Below are positions 40,030 to 49,984 of a stretch of 56,666 nt of DNA, piece after piece. Both the position numbers and the translations under genes were made by a program. How positions within the stretch are numbered: the first letter of the stretch is position 1; each line of letters starts with the position of its first letter. Source of the DNA: a virus (Duplodnaviria; Caudoviricetes); IMG/VR virus record IMGVR_UViG_3300030098_004888, positions 1 through 56,666 of that record. One strand, written 5' to 3'. Under the pieces are notes generated by a model. The model made no database searches. It saw only the letters and a list, made by a program, of their open reading frames with translations, and was not told the origin of the DNA.

Positions 40030-41900
40030 TAAAAAGCGCAATAGAAAAAATAAGGGGACTTTATCAGTTAACAATAAAAGACGAATCAGTATCTGGTTTT
40101 AGAGGACTGTTTACACCATTTAAATTCGTAGCTGGAAAAATAGGAATAAATTTATTAGAAGGAGCAGGTCCAAAAGAAAAAATTCATTTAGGTTCTTCTA
40201 CTAGAATAGATGGTGGATTAAAAGTAAATAAAGGCTCTACTGGAGAATTTAGAATTAATGGTGCTTCTGACAATACATTATTTATAGAAGAATCTACAGA
40301 TTTTATTGGAATAGGAACTAACGAGCCAAGCACAAAACTAACTATTAAAGACGGTGAATTAGATATATTTGATACTACATCTAACCTTGGTGCAGAATCT
40401 TTAAATGATGGAGATTTTGATGCTACAACTTATTGGGAGTTTCAAGGTGGATTTAGTTTAAATACAACTGGAAAATATGCAGAATTTACAGCTCCATCAG
40501 ATACAACTTATTTTGAAAAAATAAATGAAGGTAATTTAGAATTACTAAGAGATAATAATTTTATAGCAGGTGTTATAGCAAATGCATCAACTTCTGCTGG
40601 GGCAGCAGCTTCCTCTGCTGATGATGCAGGTGTATATAGATGGTATGAATCAAATGACTGGACTGTTGAACAAAACAAAGCAACATTTGAACATTCTACA
40701 GGTAACGAATCTTTATTACAACAAAAAATTAGAGCAAAAGCACAAACTGCAACACCAGGAATAACAAGAAGATTTTTAAAGCTTGTATATACAATAACAG
40801 AATCTACTATAGCTGATGAATCTGGTAAATTTGCTATTGTTTTGCCAGGTGGGTCAGCACAAGAACTAAAACAAACATCTGTTGGAACTCACACTCATTA
40901 TATATATACAGCAACATCTTTACCAACAACAAACAGCAATGGTCATATAGTTCCAGTTCAACTATATTTTAATTATACTGGAACAACATCTACATCTAGT
41001 GGAGATAAAATAACTATATCTAATATTTCTTTAAGAGAGGTTCCAGGAGTTTTATTTCAAAGAACAATGGCAATAGACCCTGTTGCCAATGAATATTATT
41101 CTCTTACATATGATATATCAAATAGGTCTGGAAGTCCTAGTTGTACAGTAGGAACTATATTTTTAAATGGAGGAAGATTTAGAACATCAAAAACAATGAC
41201 ACTAAATTCTTCTAACTCTTTAATTATAAAACAACATCCTACTCTTTCTGGTGACTTTGCAATATTTGTAGATTTTGCTTCACCTGGAGAAACTTTTAGA
41301 ATAACCAACTTGGTTTATAAAAAAATACAAAGTAGGGTTACTACTTCTGCTGGGGCATTATCTATTGGTGGAAATCTGCAAATAGGTGCTGGTGCAGCAG
41401 CCACCGATTACACATTAACCTTTGATGGGGAAACTAATGATGGTGTAATTACCTGGTTAGAAGATGAAGATTATTTTAAGTTTAGCAAAGATGTTTCTGC
41501 TGGGTGGCATGGTGATGCTAGCACTATTAAGGTGCTTCCAAGAGATTTCGTAGGAAATGAAGATTCGGCTGGAGCTGCTATTCATTTTGATGATACAGGT
41601 ACAATAGGCATTATACCTAGTGATGCTGCTATGGAGTTATATGCATTTGTTCCAATACCTGTTGGGAAAAAAGCTACTCATGTTAGTGTTTTTGGTAACA
41701 ATACTAGACCTGTAACTGTATTTGAAAGCAATGTTAACAGTGGGACACATACATCTAAAGGCAGTGGTAATGTAGGTACAGAAATAGATATAACAGACTT
41801 TAACCATTCTGCAACCAATTATTTAACAATAAAAATAAATACCAATGCTACTACAAATGTTATTTATGGTGCTACAGTAACAATAGCAGATATTGTTTAA
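40026..41900 (+). CDS. Tail fibre / virion appendage protein
   Basis: IGIGT..P..KL repeats, carbohydrate-binding-like modules, Thr/Ser-rich. Confidence 0.65.
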   Translation: MIKSAIEKIRGLYQLTIKDESVSGFRGLFTPFKFVAGKIGINLLEGAGPKEKIHLGSSTRIDGGLKVNKGSTGEFRINGASDNTLFIEESTDFIGIGTNEPSTKLTIKDGELDIFDTTSNLGAESLNDGDFDATTYWEFQGGFSLNTTGKYAEFTAPSDTTYFEKINEGNLELLRDNNFIAGVIANASTSAGAAASSADDAGVYRWYESNDWTVEQNKATFEHSTGNESLLQQKIRAKAQTATPGITRRFLKLVYTITESTIADESGKFAIVLPGGSAQELKQTSVGTHTHYIYTATSLPTTNSNGHIVPVQLYFNYTGTTSTSSGDKITISNISLREVPGVLFQRTMAIDPVANEYYSLTYDISNRSGSPSCTVGTIFLNGGRFRTSKTMTLNSSNSLIIKQHPTLSGDFAIFVDFASPGETFRITNLVYKKIQSRVTTSAGALSIGGNLQIGAGAAATDYTLTFDGETNDGVITWLEDEDYFKFSKDVSAGWHGDASTIKVLPRDFVGNEDSAGAAIHFDDTGTIGIIPSDAAMELYAFVPIPVGKKATHVSVFGNNTRPVTVFESNVNSGTHTSKGSGNVGTEIDITDFNHSATNYLTIKINTNATTNVIYGATVTIADIV

Positions 41901-41915
41901 TTTTATTATCTTTGC

Positions 41916-42392
41916 ATGATGGAACTAGAAGTGCTTAGAATCTCATCTGAAGAAGACTCAACATCAGGTTTGTTATTTGATGTAACAAACAAAAGAAAAT
42001 TTTTATGTTATACATTGGAAGATGAATATAGGGAAGAAAAAATTATGGGGGAGACTCGTATTCCTAGTGGGACTTACGAAGTGGTGCTTAGGAAATCTGG
42101 TGGATTCCACAATAAGTATGTTAAGCGATATGGTGAAATGCATCGTGGTATGCTGCATATTATTAATGTACCTGGTTTTGAGTATATTCTTATTCATACT
42201 GGTAACACTGATGAGCACACTGCTGGGTGTTTACTATTGGGGGATACGCAGACGAACAACCAGATTGCTAAAGATGGATTCATCGGTAGCTCAGGACAAG
42301 CCTATAAGCGAGTTTATCCGAAGATAGCAAAAGCTTTAGAAAAAGGTGATTGTGTAAAAATAACTTATATAGACTACGATGCAGTTAAATAA
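41916..42392 (+). CDS. DUF5675-family putative endolysin (probable start 41919)
   Basis: CYTLED, TRIP.G.Y, ILIH.GN....T.GC.L.G. Confidence 0.8.
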   Translation: MMELEVLRISSEEDSTSGLLFDVTNKRKFLCYTLEDEYREEKIMGETRIPSGTYEVVLRKSGGFHNKYVKRYGEMHRGMLHIINVPGFEYILIHTGNTDEHTAGCLLLGDTQTNNQIAKDGFIGSSGQAYKRVYPKIAKALEKGDCVKITYIDYDAVK

Positions 42393-43467
42393 AAACAAAG
42401 CAAAAAACACAATTTTTAAAGCAATACAAGATTTAGTATTTTTATTTATTATTGTATTTCTTATTATTCTTAGTTCTTTTAACTCACAAGCACAAGTTAA
42501 AAATCTTTTTAAATATTCTACATTTTATGCTAGTGCATCTATGGCTTCACCATTTGCTGTTAGTCAACAGTTTTATGTTGATGGTATAGCAGGTTCAGGT
42601 CAGCTAGTGGAAATAACAGAACAAATAGAGTCTAATTATATATTTAGTATTGGGTTAAGGAAAGTTGCTAGATTTGATTATCAAGTTAAAAAAGGAAGAT
42701 TTTACGATGGTTCTGAAAATGAAATATCAGATTATGCTACCATATCTAACGCACCAGGTTTAGAATACTTATTTGAATATAGTGCTGTTAGAAACAGAGG
42801 TGATGTATTTACCCAGCAAGAATATAAAGTTCGTTACATACATAATAGATTTGCTATAAAAGCAGCGTATGTAAACGATGGTCTTATTAATCTTAAATAT
42901 ACTTTAGGGGAAATAAGATATAGACAGAAGTTAGGTAATTTAGATTTAACAGCAGGTATAGCACATAGGTCACATCCTGTGTATGGATATAGCCCAGTAG
43001 ATGCTTGGTTTGCGATACCAGCTAATAAACATTGGTGGCAGTTAGCAAATGAGTTTGGATACTTTAGTGACCCTAACCAACACTGGACTAAAGATGGTGA
43101 GCTTATTGCAAAAACAGATAGAGAGTTTTATACTTATCATTTTGGCAAAGCAGTAACTGAATATAATAACAGAGAGCTAGAAGCATTAGGGTTAGTTCAA
43201 GAATTATCTGCTGTATTTGGTTTTGATTACTATTATAATAAAGAAAACTTTTGGATTCATGGATGGAGTTCTTTCTATCCTATTCATAAAGGTCTCAATG
43301 ATTTTTCGTATATTTACCCAGATAAAAAGTTTGAATGGGATGCTGGTTTAATCTTAGGCTCTAAGATAAATAAACATCTTGGTCTTTTTATAGAAGGTAG
43401 GCACCTTAAATTCTGGGATATTAAATCATATCAAATGAAAGCAGGTGTAAACTATTTAATATTTTAA
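42379..43467 (+). CDS. Outer-membrane beta-barrel protein
   Basis: Signal peptide, alternating aromatic strands, C-terminal G.NY.IF (BAM signal). Confidence 0.7.
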   Translation: MQLNKNKAKNTIFKAIQDLVFLFIIVFLIILSSFNSQAQVKNLFKYSTFYASASMASPFAVSQQFYVDGIAGSGQLVEITEQIESNYIFSIGLRKVARFDYQVKKGRFYDGSENEISDYATISNAPGLEYLFEYSAVRNRGDVFTQQEYKVRYIHNRFAIKAAYVNDGLINLKYTLGEIRYRQKLGNLDLTAGIAHRSHPVYGYSPVDAWFAIPANKHWWQLANEFGYFSDPNQHWTKDGELIAKTDREFYTYHFGKAVTEYNNRELEALGLVQELSAVFGFDYYYNKENFWIHGWSSFYPIHKGLNDFSYIYPDKKFEWDAGLILGSKINKHLGLFIEGRHLKFWDIKSYQMKAGVNYLIF

Positions 43468-43469
43468 AA

Positions 43470-43763
43470 ATGAAAGAACTATCCGAAGAAAGTAAATTTA
43501 ATATCAGTGTTAAAACATTAATAAGCATTGGAGTTGGTTTGTCGGTAGTAATAGGAATGTATTTTACTTTACAAGCAGATATAGCAGAAGCAAAAGAATT
43601 ACCTATCCCAGAAGTTTCTAGAACAGAGTATGATTTAAAAGACCAGCTTATTAGAGAAACTATTATGAACACCCAATCGGATGTTGAAGAAATTAAAGAA
43701 GACATTGAAGGAATGGATGAAAAGCTTGATGAGCTTCAAGAAATGATATTTGAATTAAAGTAA
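43470..43763 (+). CDS. Single-TM coiled-coil protein
   Basis: One TM then acidic heptads. Confidence 0.7.
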   Translation: MKELSEESKFNISVKTLISIGVGLSVVIGMYFTLQADIAEAKELPIPEVSRTEYDLKDQLIRETIMNTQSDVEEIKEDIEGMDEKLDELQEMIFELK

Positions 43764-44137
43764 TGAAAAAATTATTATTCATATTGTTATTTATTTGTCT
43801 ATCTGCCTATGGCAGCGTAGAGTTTTTAAATAATGGTAATTTTAATAATAAAATATCTAAAGGTATTGTTGTTGTAGAATATTGGGCAGAATGGAATAAT
43901 ACTAATAAATTTAAGGAACTAAAAGATTTAAAAGATTGTACAGTTTATAGAGCTTGTATATCAAAATGTAGTGATGCAGCTAATGAATATGGAATAAAAG
44001 CTGTCCCTACAGTAATCATATATGATAATGGAGAGGAAATAGACAGATTCACTCCCAACATTATGTTGCAATTACAGGCAAGCAAATCAGATGTTCAATC
44101 AGCTATTGATGAAATAGTATTAAATAAGTTTCAATAA
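43763..44137 (+). CDS. Exported thioredoxin-fold protein lacking CxxC
   Basis: Signal peptide; VVEYWAEWN; YGI.AVPT.II..NG. Confidence 0.7.
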   Translation: MKKLLFILLFICLSAYGSVEFLNNGNFNNKISKGIVVVEYWAEWNNTNKFKELKDLKDCTVYRACISKCSDAANEYGIKAVPTVIIYDNGEEIDRFTPNIMLQLQASKSDVQSAIDEIVLNKFQ

Positions 44138-44676
44138 TGAAAAAAATAAAATTACTTATAGCTTTATTAGCTTTTTGTGTTGGTGTATCAGCACAAATAC
44201 CTATACCTAAATTTATTTATTGTACGGAAGGAATATACCCAGATGAAATATCTTGGAATATAAAAAATTGTAGTGGTACAGAGTTAATTAGTGGTTATGC
44301 TGGCGACTCAACTGCTGCATTAATACCAGATGTATTTACTATATGCATGGAAGATAATTATGGAGATGGGTGGAATGGTGCTTATTTATATATTGTAACA
44401 GACCCATTCTTACCAACAGAACAAGTAGATTCTTTTGGTTTTTTATCTGATATTGATTGGATAGATTCTATAGGTGATTGGCCACAAATATATACAGATA
44501 CTGTTGTAGATGTAGGTTGTGCTTTTATTAGTATAAATGAAAGCAACACTGATAATTTATTTACACCAACAGAATATTATAATTTAGCAGGACAAAGTAT
44601 TAAACCTAATTTAACAGGCATATATATTGCTTCTGATGGATATATTAGAAAATTAATTTACATAACTAAAAAATAA
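44137..44676 (+). CDS. Secreted protein with T9SS-like C-terminal sorting tail
   Basis: Signal peptide; YP.E.SW and D.YGDGW.G; YYNL.GQ...G.YI....K tail. Confidence 0.6.
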   Translation: MKKIKLLIALLAFCVGVSAQIPIPKFIYCTEGIYPDEISWNIKNCSGTELISGYAGDSTAALIPDVFTICMEDNYGDGWNGAYLYIVTDPFLPTEQVDSFGFLSDIDWIDSIGDWPQIYTDTVVDVGCAFISINESNTDNLFTPTEYYNLAGQSIKPNLTGIYIASDGYIRKLIYITKK

Positions 44677-44680
44677 AAAA

Positions 44681-44974
44681 ATGGCAGACAATTTATTAAA
44701 ACAATACATGGATGGAGGCAAAATGAAAAAGTACCCTGGTGGGGGTATGATGCCTGAAGCACCTAAAGACAAAAAAGTTGTAATTATGCAAGAGGGTAAT
44801 ATGATGCCTTCTGAAGCACCAGAAAAAGAAATGAATAAAGAAGTAGAAGGAGTTCTTATGCAATTAGTAGAAATACTAAAATCATGGCAAGATGGAGAAT
44901 ATGAATCTGATGCTCAAAAAGCTGACATGTTAGCTCAAAGTGTAGCTGAACTTATTCAGTCTTACGTAGAATAA
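44681..44974 (+). CDS. Hypothetical protein with xxxGG motifs
   Basis: 97 aa ORF. Confidence 0.7.
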   Translation: MADNLLKQYMDGGKMKKYPGGGMMPEAPKDKKVVIMQEGNMMPSEAPEKEMNKEVEGVLMQLVEILKSWQDGEYESDAQKADMLAQSVAELIQSYVE

Positions 44975-44992
44975 TAATTTTAAAAACATATT

Positions 44993-45163
44993 ATGAAAGA
45001 AAAACTTTTATCATTTGGAAAAAAAGTATTAGCTCGTTTAATAGCTCATGCACATTGTGCATTATTAATACTTGCTGGTACGTTATTATGTGGTGCTAAT
45101 TTTTTTAAGTTTGCATTAGTAATACTTGTTTGGCTTTTTGTTGACTTCTATAGAAACGACTAA
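44993..45163 (+). CDS. Small membrane protein (56 aa, not in ORF track)
   Basis: Hand-read ORF, two hydrophobic segments, TAATG overlap. Confidence 0.6.
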   Translation: MKEKLLSFGKKVLARLIAHAHCALLILAGTLLCGANFFKFALVILVWLFVDFYRND

Positions 45164-45330
45164 TGTCAAAAATTTGGGAAGAATATAAACATATAAAATG
45201 TGGAGACTTCCTAAAATGGTGGAGTAAAAAAACAACACAAGAAAAACAAGAGTGGGAAAAGAAAAAAGAACAACTAGATTTAGAATTAGAAAATCATTTG
45301 TGGGATAGAGAATCTAGAAGAAAATTTTAA
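45163..45330 (+). CDS. Small hypothetical protein (55 aa, not in ORF track)
   Basis: Hand-read ORF filling the gap exactly. Confidence 0.6.
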   Translation: MSKIWEEYKHIKCGDFLKWWSKKTTQEKQEWEKKKEQLDLELENHLWDRESRRKF

Positions 45331-45331
45331 T

Positions 45332-45703
45332 ATGTATACCTATAAAGCAATATTAGACAGAGTAGTGGATGGAGATACTATTGATGTAAATATAGATTTA
45401 GGTTTTGATGTATCTATAAAAAAAAGAGTTCGTTTTGCTGGTATTAATGCACCAGAAAGTAGAACAAGAGATTTAAAGGAAAAAGCAAGGGGTTTGGCAG
45501 CAAAGGATAGGGTGAAAGCTATACTAGCTGAAAATCCCAGCTTTACTCTTGAATCAACAGAGATAGGAAAGTATGGTAGAGTTTTAGGTAGGATACATAT
45601 TAATATATTAGATGGTTGTGAGGGTCTAACACAAATATGTTTAAATGACCAGCTAGTAAAAGAAAAGCACGCAGTAGAATACTGGGGAGGCAAAAGAAAA
45701 TAA
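45332..45703 (+). CDS. Thermonuclease (SNase-like)
   Basis: RVVDGDT, RVR..GI.APE, KYGR.LG. Confidence 0.9.
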   Translation: MYTYKAILDRVVDGDTIDVNIDLGFDVSIKKRVRFAGINAPESRTRDLKEKARGLAAKDRVKAILAENPSFTLESTEIGKYGRVLGRIHINILDGCEGLTQICLNDQLVKEKHAVEYWGGKRK

Positions 45704-45721
45704 ATCATTATATTTGTAGTT

Positions 45722-47677
45722 ATGAAAGCAATGAAAAAATATCAAGATGGTGGCAGCCCAAAAAGAAGAACAGTTAAGTTTACGAAAGAAACTTTAGAAA
45801 CTGGTAAAAAAGGGAAACCAACCAAACAAAGAGTAACTAAAACTGTTACCAAACAAACCAAAAAAGGTACAAAAACTAAAACTAAAGAATTTACCTTAGA
45901 TAAAGGAGCTAGGAGAGATAAAATAAAAAAAGCATTAAGTGTTTTAGGTATGGCAGCAGGAATTGCACCTTTAGCTGTTACTCCAGCTTTTGCTCCATTG
46001 TCTGCTGGTGCAATAGCAGCAGGTAGAGCAGGAATAAAAGGAAAAGGAAAAGGTAAAGTAAGAACAGAAAAAGGTAAGACTATAAAATTTGAGCCAGCTC
46101 CAACCATGATGGAACAAGCAAAAGATGTTTTGTTCCCAAGTATGCAAGAAGGGGGTATGGTAGAGGAAGCAGAAACTAAAGGCCAAGCTAGAAGAAGAAT
46201 TAGGAGAGAAGATAGAGATTTTAAAAGAGCTACAAAAAGAGCTAACAGAGAACAAGAACAAGTTATGTCTCCAAGTATGGATGCTGAAATAGAAGCTCAA
46301 GACCCAGTAACACCAACAAGAGATAATACACCAAGTAATTTTCCTAAAACATATACTGCTTTTAAACAAATGTGGAGGTCTTCTGATGCTGGAAGACAAG
46401 GGGTTCCTGCTCCATCTAGAAGTGAGTTTAGGAAAATGAAAACAAAAAACCAAATAAAAGCAATAGAAGAAGCTAAGGAGGCACCAAAGCCAACTAGAAA
46501 AGATAGAGTTCTTGATAGAAAAATGAAAAGAGCACTTAAAGAAGGTGAAAAAATGATGGAAGCAAGTCCTATTATAGAGGCTGACGAACCAGATGCTGAT
46601 GATTTTTCTAGAAAACCTATTGAATTACCTAAAAAAGATTTAAGTAAAATAGAATCTCCTGCTTTATTAGATGACGAAACTAAAAATATTCCTGTTCCTG
46701 GAAAAGAAGAAGAGGAATATAAAGCATTATTAGAGCAAGCTATAAAAGACGGTGAATTAGGAATGCTAGATGCAGATGACCAAAAAGCAGCTAGGAAAAT
46801 GGGTCTTGCTTCACGAAGAGATATTAGAAAAGCTAACAAGGGAGAATCGTATTTGCCAGAAAAAAAAGAAACACCTACAGAACTATCTGCTGTAGATAAA
46901 AAAGAATTAGAGGAAATTATTCCAGATAGTCCTTTTGTAAAAAGTGACCAAGATGCTGTAGATGAAAAAGAAAATGAAATAGTTGTAGAAACTCCTGAAA
47001 CTGATAAAGCACCTATTAGTACAATTACTACAAGTGAGGATAAAAAACCTAAAAAAAGAATTTTTCAAAACTTCCTTCAAGAGTTTAAAGATGCTAGAAA
47101 AAGAGCAATGAAAACATCGGAAGAGCAAGGCTTAAGAACTAAAAGAGATATTAGAAAGTTTGGAAGATTTTCTAGACGAGGGCAAGAATATGATGAAGGA
47201 AAAGATATAAATATAGATAAAACAGGAATGAGGGGAAGGAAAGCTATAAGGCTAGAAGGAGCTAGAGTAAGACAACAAGACAAAACAGCTAGACAAGAAA
47301 AGTTTAATCAACCAGGAGAAGGTAGACCAAAAGTATTTAAAAATATATTTAAAGGTATGGTTGGTGCTGCTTTTCCTATAATGTCAGCTATTGTTGATAG
47401 GTCTAGAGCTCAAGAAGGAATCTACAAACCAGGAACAGAAATATATGATGCTGAAGGAAATGTTGTAGGAGGTAAGCTTAAAAATTTATTATTTTCTGGT
47501 CCAAATCCTTTATTTAATTTTTTACCATCTAGCTTACAAAAACAAGGTAGTGCTGGTAATGTTGAATTTGATAGTCAAGAATTTAGTGCATGGTATGAAA
47601 CTAATAAAGATGTTATGGGGTTAGAAGCAATGGACCCTAAAGAAGTTTTGGCTAGATATTTATTATTTAAACAATAA
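45722..47677 (+). CDS. Large low-complexity charged protein (possible internal head protein)
   Basis: 651 aa, Lys/Arg/Glu-rich; YQDGG and MQEGG motifs; TATATTTG 5 nt upstream. Confidence 0.7.
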   Translation: MKAMKKYQDGGSPKRRTVKFTKETLETGKKGKPTKQRVTKTVTKQTKKGTKTKTKEFTLDKGARRDKIKKALSVLGMAAGIAPLAVTPAFAPLSAGAIAAGRAGIKGKGKGKVRTEKGKTIKFEPAPTMMEQAKDVLFPSMQEGGMVEEAETKGQARRRIRREDRDFKRATKRANREQEQVMSPSMDAEIEAQDPVTPTRDNTPSNFPKTYTAFKQMWRSSDAGRQGVPAPSRSEFRKMKTKNQIKAIEEAKEAPKPTRKDRVLDRKMKRALKEGEKMMEASPIIEADEPDADDFSRKPIELPKKDLSKIESPALLDDETKNIPVPGKEEEEYKALLEQAIKDGELGMLDADDQKAARKMGLASRRDIRKANKGESYLPEKKETPTELSAVDKKELEEIIPDSPFVKSDQDAVDEKENEIVVETPETDKAPISTITTSEDKKPKKRIFQNFLQEFKDARKRAMKTSEEQGLRTKRDIRKFGRFSRRGQEYDEGKDINIDKTGMRGRKAIRLEGARVRQQDKTARQEKFNQPGEGRPKVFKNIFKGMVGAAFPIMSAIVDRSRAQEGIYKPGTEIYDAEGNVVGGKLKNLLFSGPNPLFNFLPSSLQKQGSAGNVEFDSQEFSAWYETNKDVMGLEAMDPKEVLARYLLFKQ

Positions 47678-47681
47678 TAAA

Positions 47682-48098
47682 ATGGCAAGAGCACTAAAAA
47701 AAACAGATAAAGAAAAAAACCCAGGTTTAGCTAAACTACCAAAAGAAGTTCGCAATAAAATGGGTTATATGTCTGAGGGTGCAGAAATGCCAGCACCAGT
47801 TGATAAATATTCAAGACAAAGAAGAAAAAGAGCTAGGAGAGCAAGAAAAGGTAAAAGACAAAAAGGTTCTAAGGGTTGTTATAAAGGTAAGTATGGAATG
47901 ATGTGCCCTGGAGATGTAGGTTATGATGCAACTATAGTTGTTGCTGAAGAGGGTGCTATGATGCCAGGAACAGATAGAAAAACTAGAAAGCGTTCAAGGG
48001 CATTAAAGAAACAAAGAAAAAGAAGAATAAAAGGTAGATGCAGAGGAGGTAGCTGCTCTTTTGAACATGGAGGTAAAATGGGTAGTTGCGGTTGCTAG
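47682..48098 (+). CDS. Small basic protein
   Basis: NPGLAKLP.EVRNKMGY motif; Arg/Lys-rich. Confidence 0.7.
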   Translation: MARALKKTDKEKNPGLAKLPKEVRNKMGYMSEGAEMPAPVDKYSRQRRKRARRARKGKRQKGSKGCYKGKYGMMCPGDVGYDATIVVAEEGAMMPGTDRKTRKRSRALKKQRKRRIKGRCRGGSCSFEHGGKMGSCGC

Positions 48099-48103
48099 AA
48101 TAA

Positions 48104-48481
48104 ATGAAATATATAATTATACACCCAGGTAGTTCTGTTCCACTTCAAATGGACATTTTAAAGAATAGGGGTTTTAGTTATATATTTAATAGGGATGGCT
48201 CGGTAACAAAATTGGATAAACCAGATTTTGATTCCGCATACTCCTTAGATACATTAGCAGGACCATCTATGCATGTTATATACGATGGGGATGGATATGC
48301 TGATGACAGGACATATAAACAATATGATGCTATGGAAATATTTATGAAGTATCATGTGTTAATATATCCAAAAGTAAAAATAGCTGGTATTTATCAGGTT
48401 GAAGAAACAAATGAACCTGGGTTTGAAGTTCCAGCATGGTTAAAAGAAATTAGTTTGATTAAGAACTCATACGATGGCTAG
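48104..48481 (+). CDS. T7-lysozyme-like amidase fold, apparently inactive
   Basis: YIIIH, .Y.F..DG.V, D.RT..Q, I.G, PGF.V..WL; distal His/Cys ligands absent. Confidence 0.55.
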   Translation: MKYIIIHPGSSVPLQMDILKNRGFSYIFNRDGSVTKLDKPDFDSAYSLDTLAGPSMHVIYDGDGYADDRTYKQYDAMEIFMKYHVLIYPKVKIAGIYQVEETNEPGFEVPAWLKEISLIKNSYDG

Positions 48482-49121
48482 AATAGATAAAAAAAATATG
48501 CCTTGCAATAGGCCAAGAAAATCTCCCAAACCAGGAAAGAAAAAGGTAGTTAAAGCTTGTAGTGGTGGTAAAGAAAAAATCATACACTATGGAGCTACTG
48601 GTTATGGGCATAATTATTCTAGGGCTGCTAGAAAGTCATTTAGAGCTAGGCATAAGTGCTCTGAAGCTAAAGATAAATTAACAGCTCGTTACTGGGCATG
48701 TAAAGATTTATGGGCTGGGCCAGGTGGTTCTAAAAAATCATCACCAAAAAACAGAAAAGGTAAATATGTTTTAGGTGGTGTGTTAAAAAAGCAAACAGAT
48801 AAAGAAATGAAAATGTCTCCAATGTTATCAGGTGGTGCAAAAAGCATAATGAAAAAAGGTGGTACTGTACCAAAAGCAGGTATTGGTTTAATTATACCTC
48901 AAAAAGTAATACGAAAAAAAGGGGAAAAGAATTTTGAAAAAGGTAAAGAGTTGCTAGGGCCTTTATTAGGAATGATGAAAAAAGGTGGGACTATAAAAGA
49001 TGCATGTTACTATAAAGTAGTATCAAGGTATGGCCCTAAGACTTCAGCTTATAGAAGTGGTGCTATGGCTAAATGCAGAAAAATGGGAGTTAAAAACTGG
49101 GGAAATAAATCTAAAAAATAA
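48474..49121 (+). CDS. Basic multi-module phage protein
   Basis: SFRARHKC...KLTARYWAC..LW and KDACY.KV..RY....SAY.SGA..KCRK modules. Confidence 0.75.
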   Translation: MARIDKKNMPCNRPRKSPKPGKKKVVKACSGGKEKIIHYGATGYGHNYSRAARKSFRARHKCSEAKDKLTARYWACKDLWAGPGGSKKSSPKNRKGKYVLGGVLKKQTDKEMKMSPMLSGGAKSIMKKGGTVPKAGIGLIIPQKVIRKKGEKNFEKGKELLGPLLGMMKKGGTIKDACYYKVVSRYGPKTSAYRSGAMAKCRKMGVKNWGNKSKK

Positions 49122-49134
49122 TAAACAAAAAATC

Positions 49135-49326
49135 ATGGCAAAAGTAATTAAAAAATCAATTAAAGGTGTTTCGTTGGAGGGATTAACAGACAGACAAAAA
49201 GTAACAATGTCTAAACACTCTGTTCATCATACAAAAAAACATATGCAAGTTATGGCTAATGCAATGAGGAAAGGTAAAACTTTTACTGAAGCTCATAAAA
49301 TGGCAATGAAAAAAGTCGGAAAATAA
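49135..49326 (+). CDS. Small basic His-rich protein (start revised to 49135)
   Basis: LT.RQ..TM..HS.HH..KHM...M..G.TF..AH. Confidence 0.7.
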   Translation: MAKVIKKSIKGVSLEGLTDRQKVTMSKHSVHHTKKHMQVMANAMRKGKTFTEAHKMAMKKVGK

Positions 49327-49623
49327 ATGGCTAGGGTTGTTAAAAAAGACCCTGTAGTTGGGACTGGTAAAAAGCCAAAAGGCTCTGGTCGTAGATTATA
49401 TACTGATGAAAATCCAAAAGATACTGTAAGTATTAAGTTTGCTACTCCAGCAGATGCAAAGGCTACTGTAGCAAAAGTTAAAAGAATAAATAAACCATTT
49501 GCAAGGAAGATACAAATACTAACTGTATTGGAGCAAAGGGCAAAGGTAGCAGGCAAGCCACAGCAAGCTGCTATCGCTAAAAAAGGTAAAGAAGCAATAA
49601 GGAAACAACATGGCAAGGGTTAG
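49327..49623 (+). CDS. Small basic conserved phage protein
   Basis: GTGKKPKGSGRRLYTDENPKDTV motif. Confidence 0.75.
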   Translation: MARVVKKDPVVGTGKKPKGSGRRLYTDENPKDTVSIKFATPADAKATVAKVKRINKPFARKIQILTVLEQRAKVAGKPQQAAIAKKGKEAIRKQHGKG

Positions 49624-49975
49624 GAAAACAAAAAAAGGTTTAGCACTTAAACGATGGTTTAAGGAAGACTGGAGAACACCTCGTGGTAAGAAAGATTACT
49701 CTGGGGGTGAAAGTACATTCCGACCCACTAAGCGTGTTACCAAAGACACACCAGTAACTTGGAGTGAATTAACACCAGCAGAAAAAGCAAGGGCTGCAAA
49801 AGAGAAAAAGGAAAAGGGTAGAGTATCTAGATACAAAAAGAAAACAAAAAAAGCTGAAGTTGGTACTGTTATAAAAAGAAAAGTAAAAACTTACGCAAAG
49901 AAAAAATTTCCTAGGGATAAGAAAAAACAAAATCAATATTTCTACGGAACAATAAATAAAATAGAAAAACAATAA
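49610..49975 (+). CDS. Small basic protein (DUF5872-like)
   Basis: LKRWFKE.W...RP..RV...TP.T..E. Confidence 0.65.
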   Translation: MARVRKTKKGLALKRWFKEDWRTPRGKKDYSGGESTFRPTKRVTKDTPVTWSELTPAEKARAAKEKKEKGRVSRYKKKTKKAEVGTVIKRKVKTYAKKKFPRDKKKQNQYFYGTINKIEKQ

Positions 49976-49984
49976 TTTAATTTA

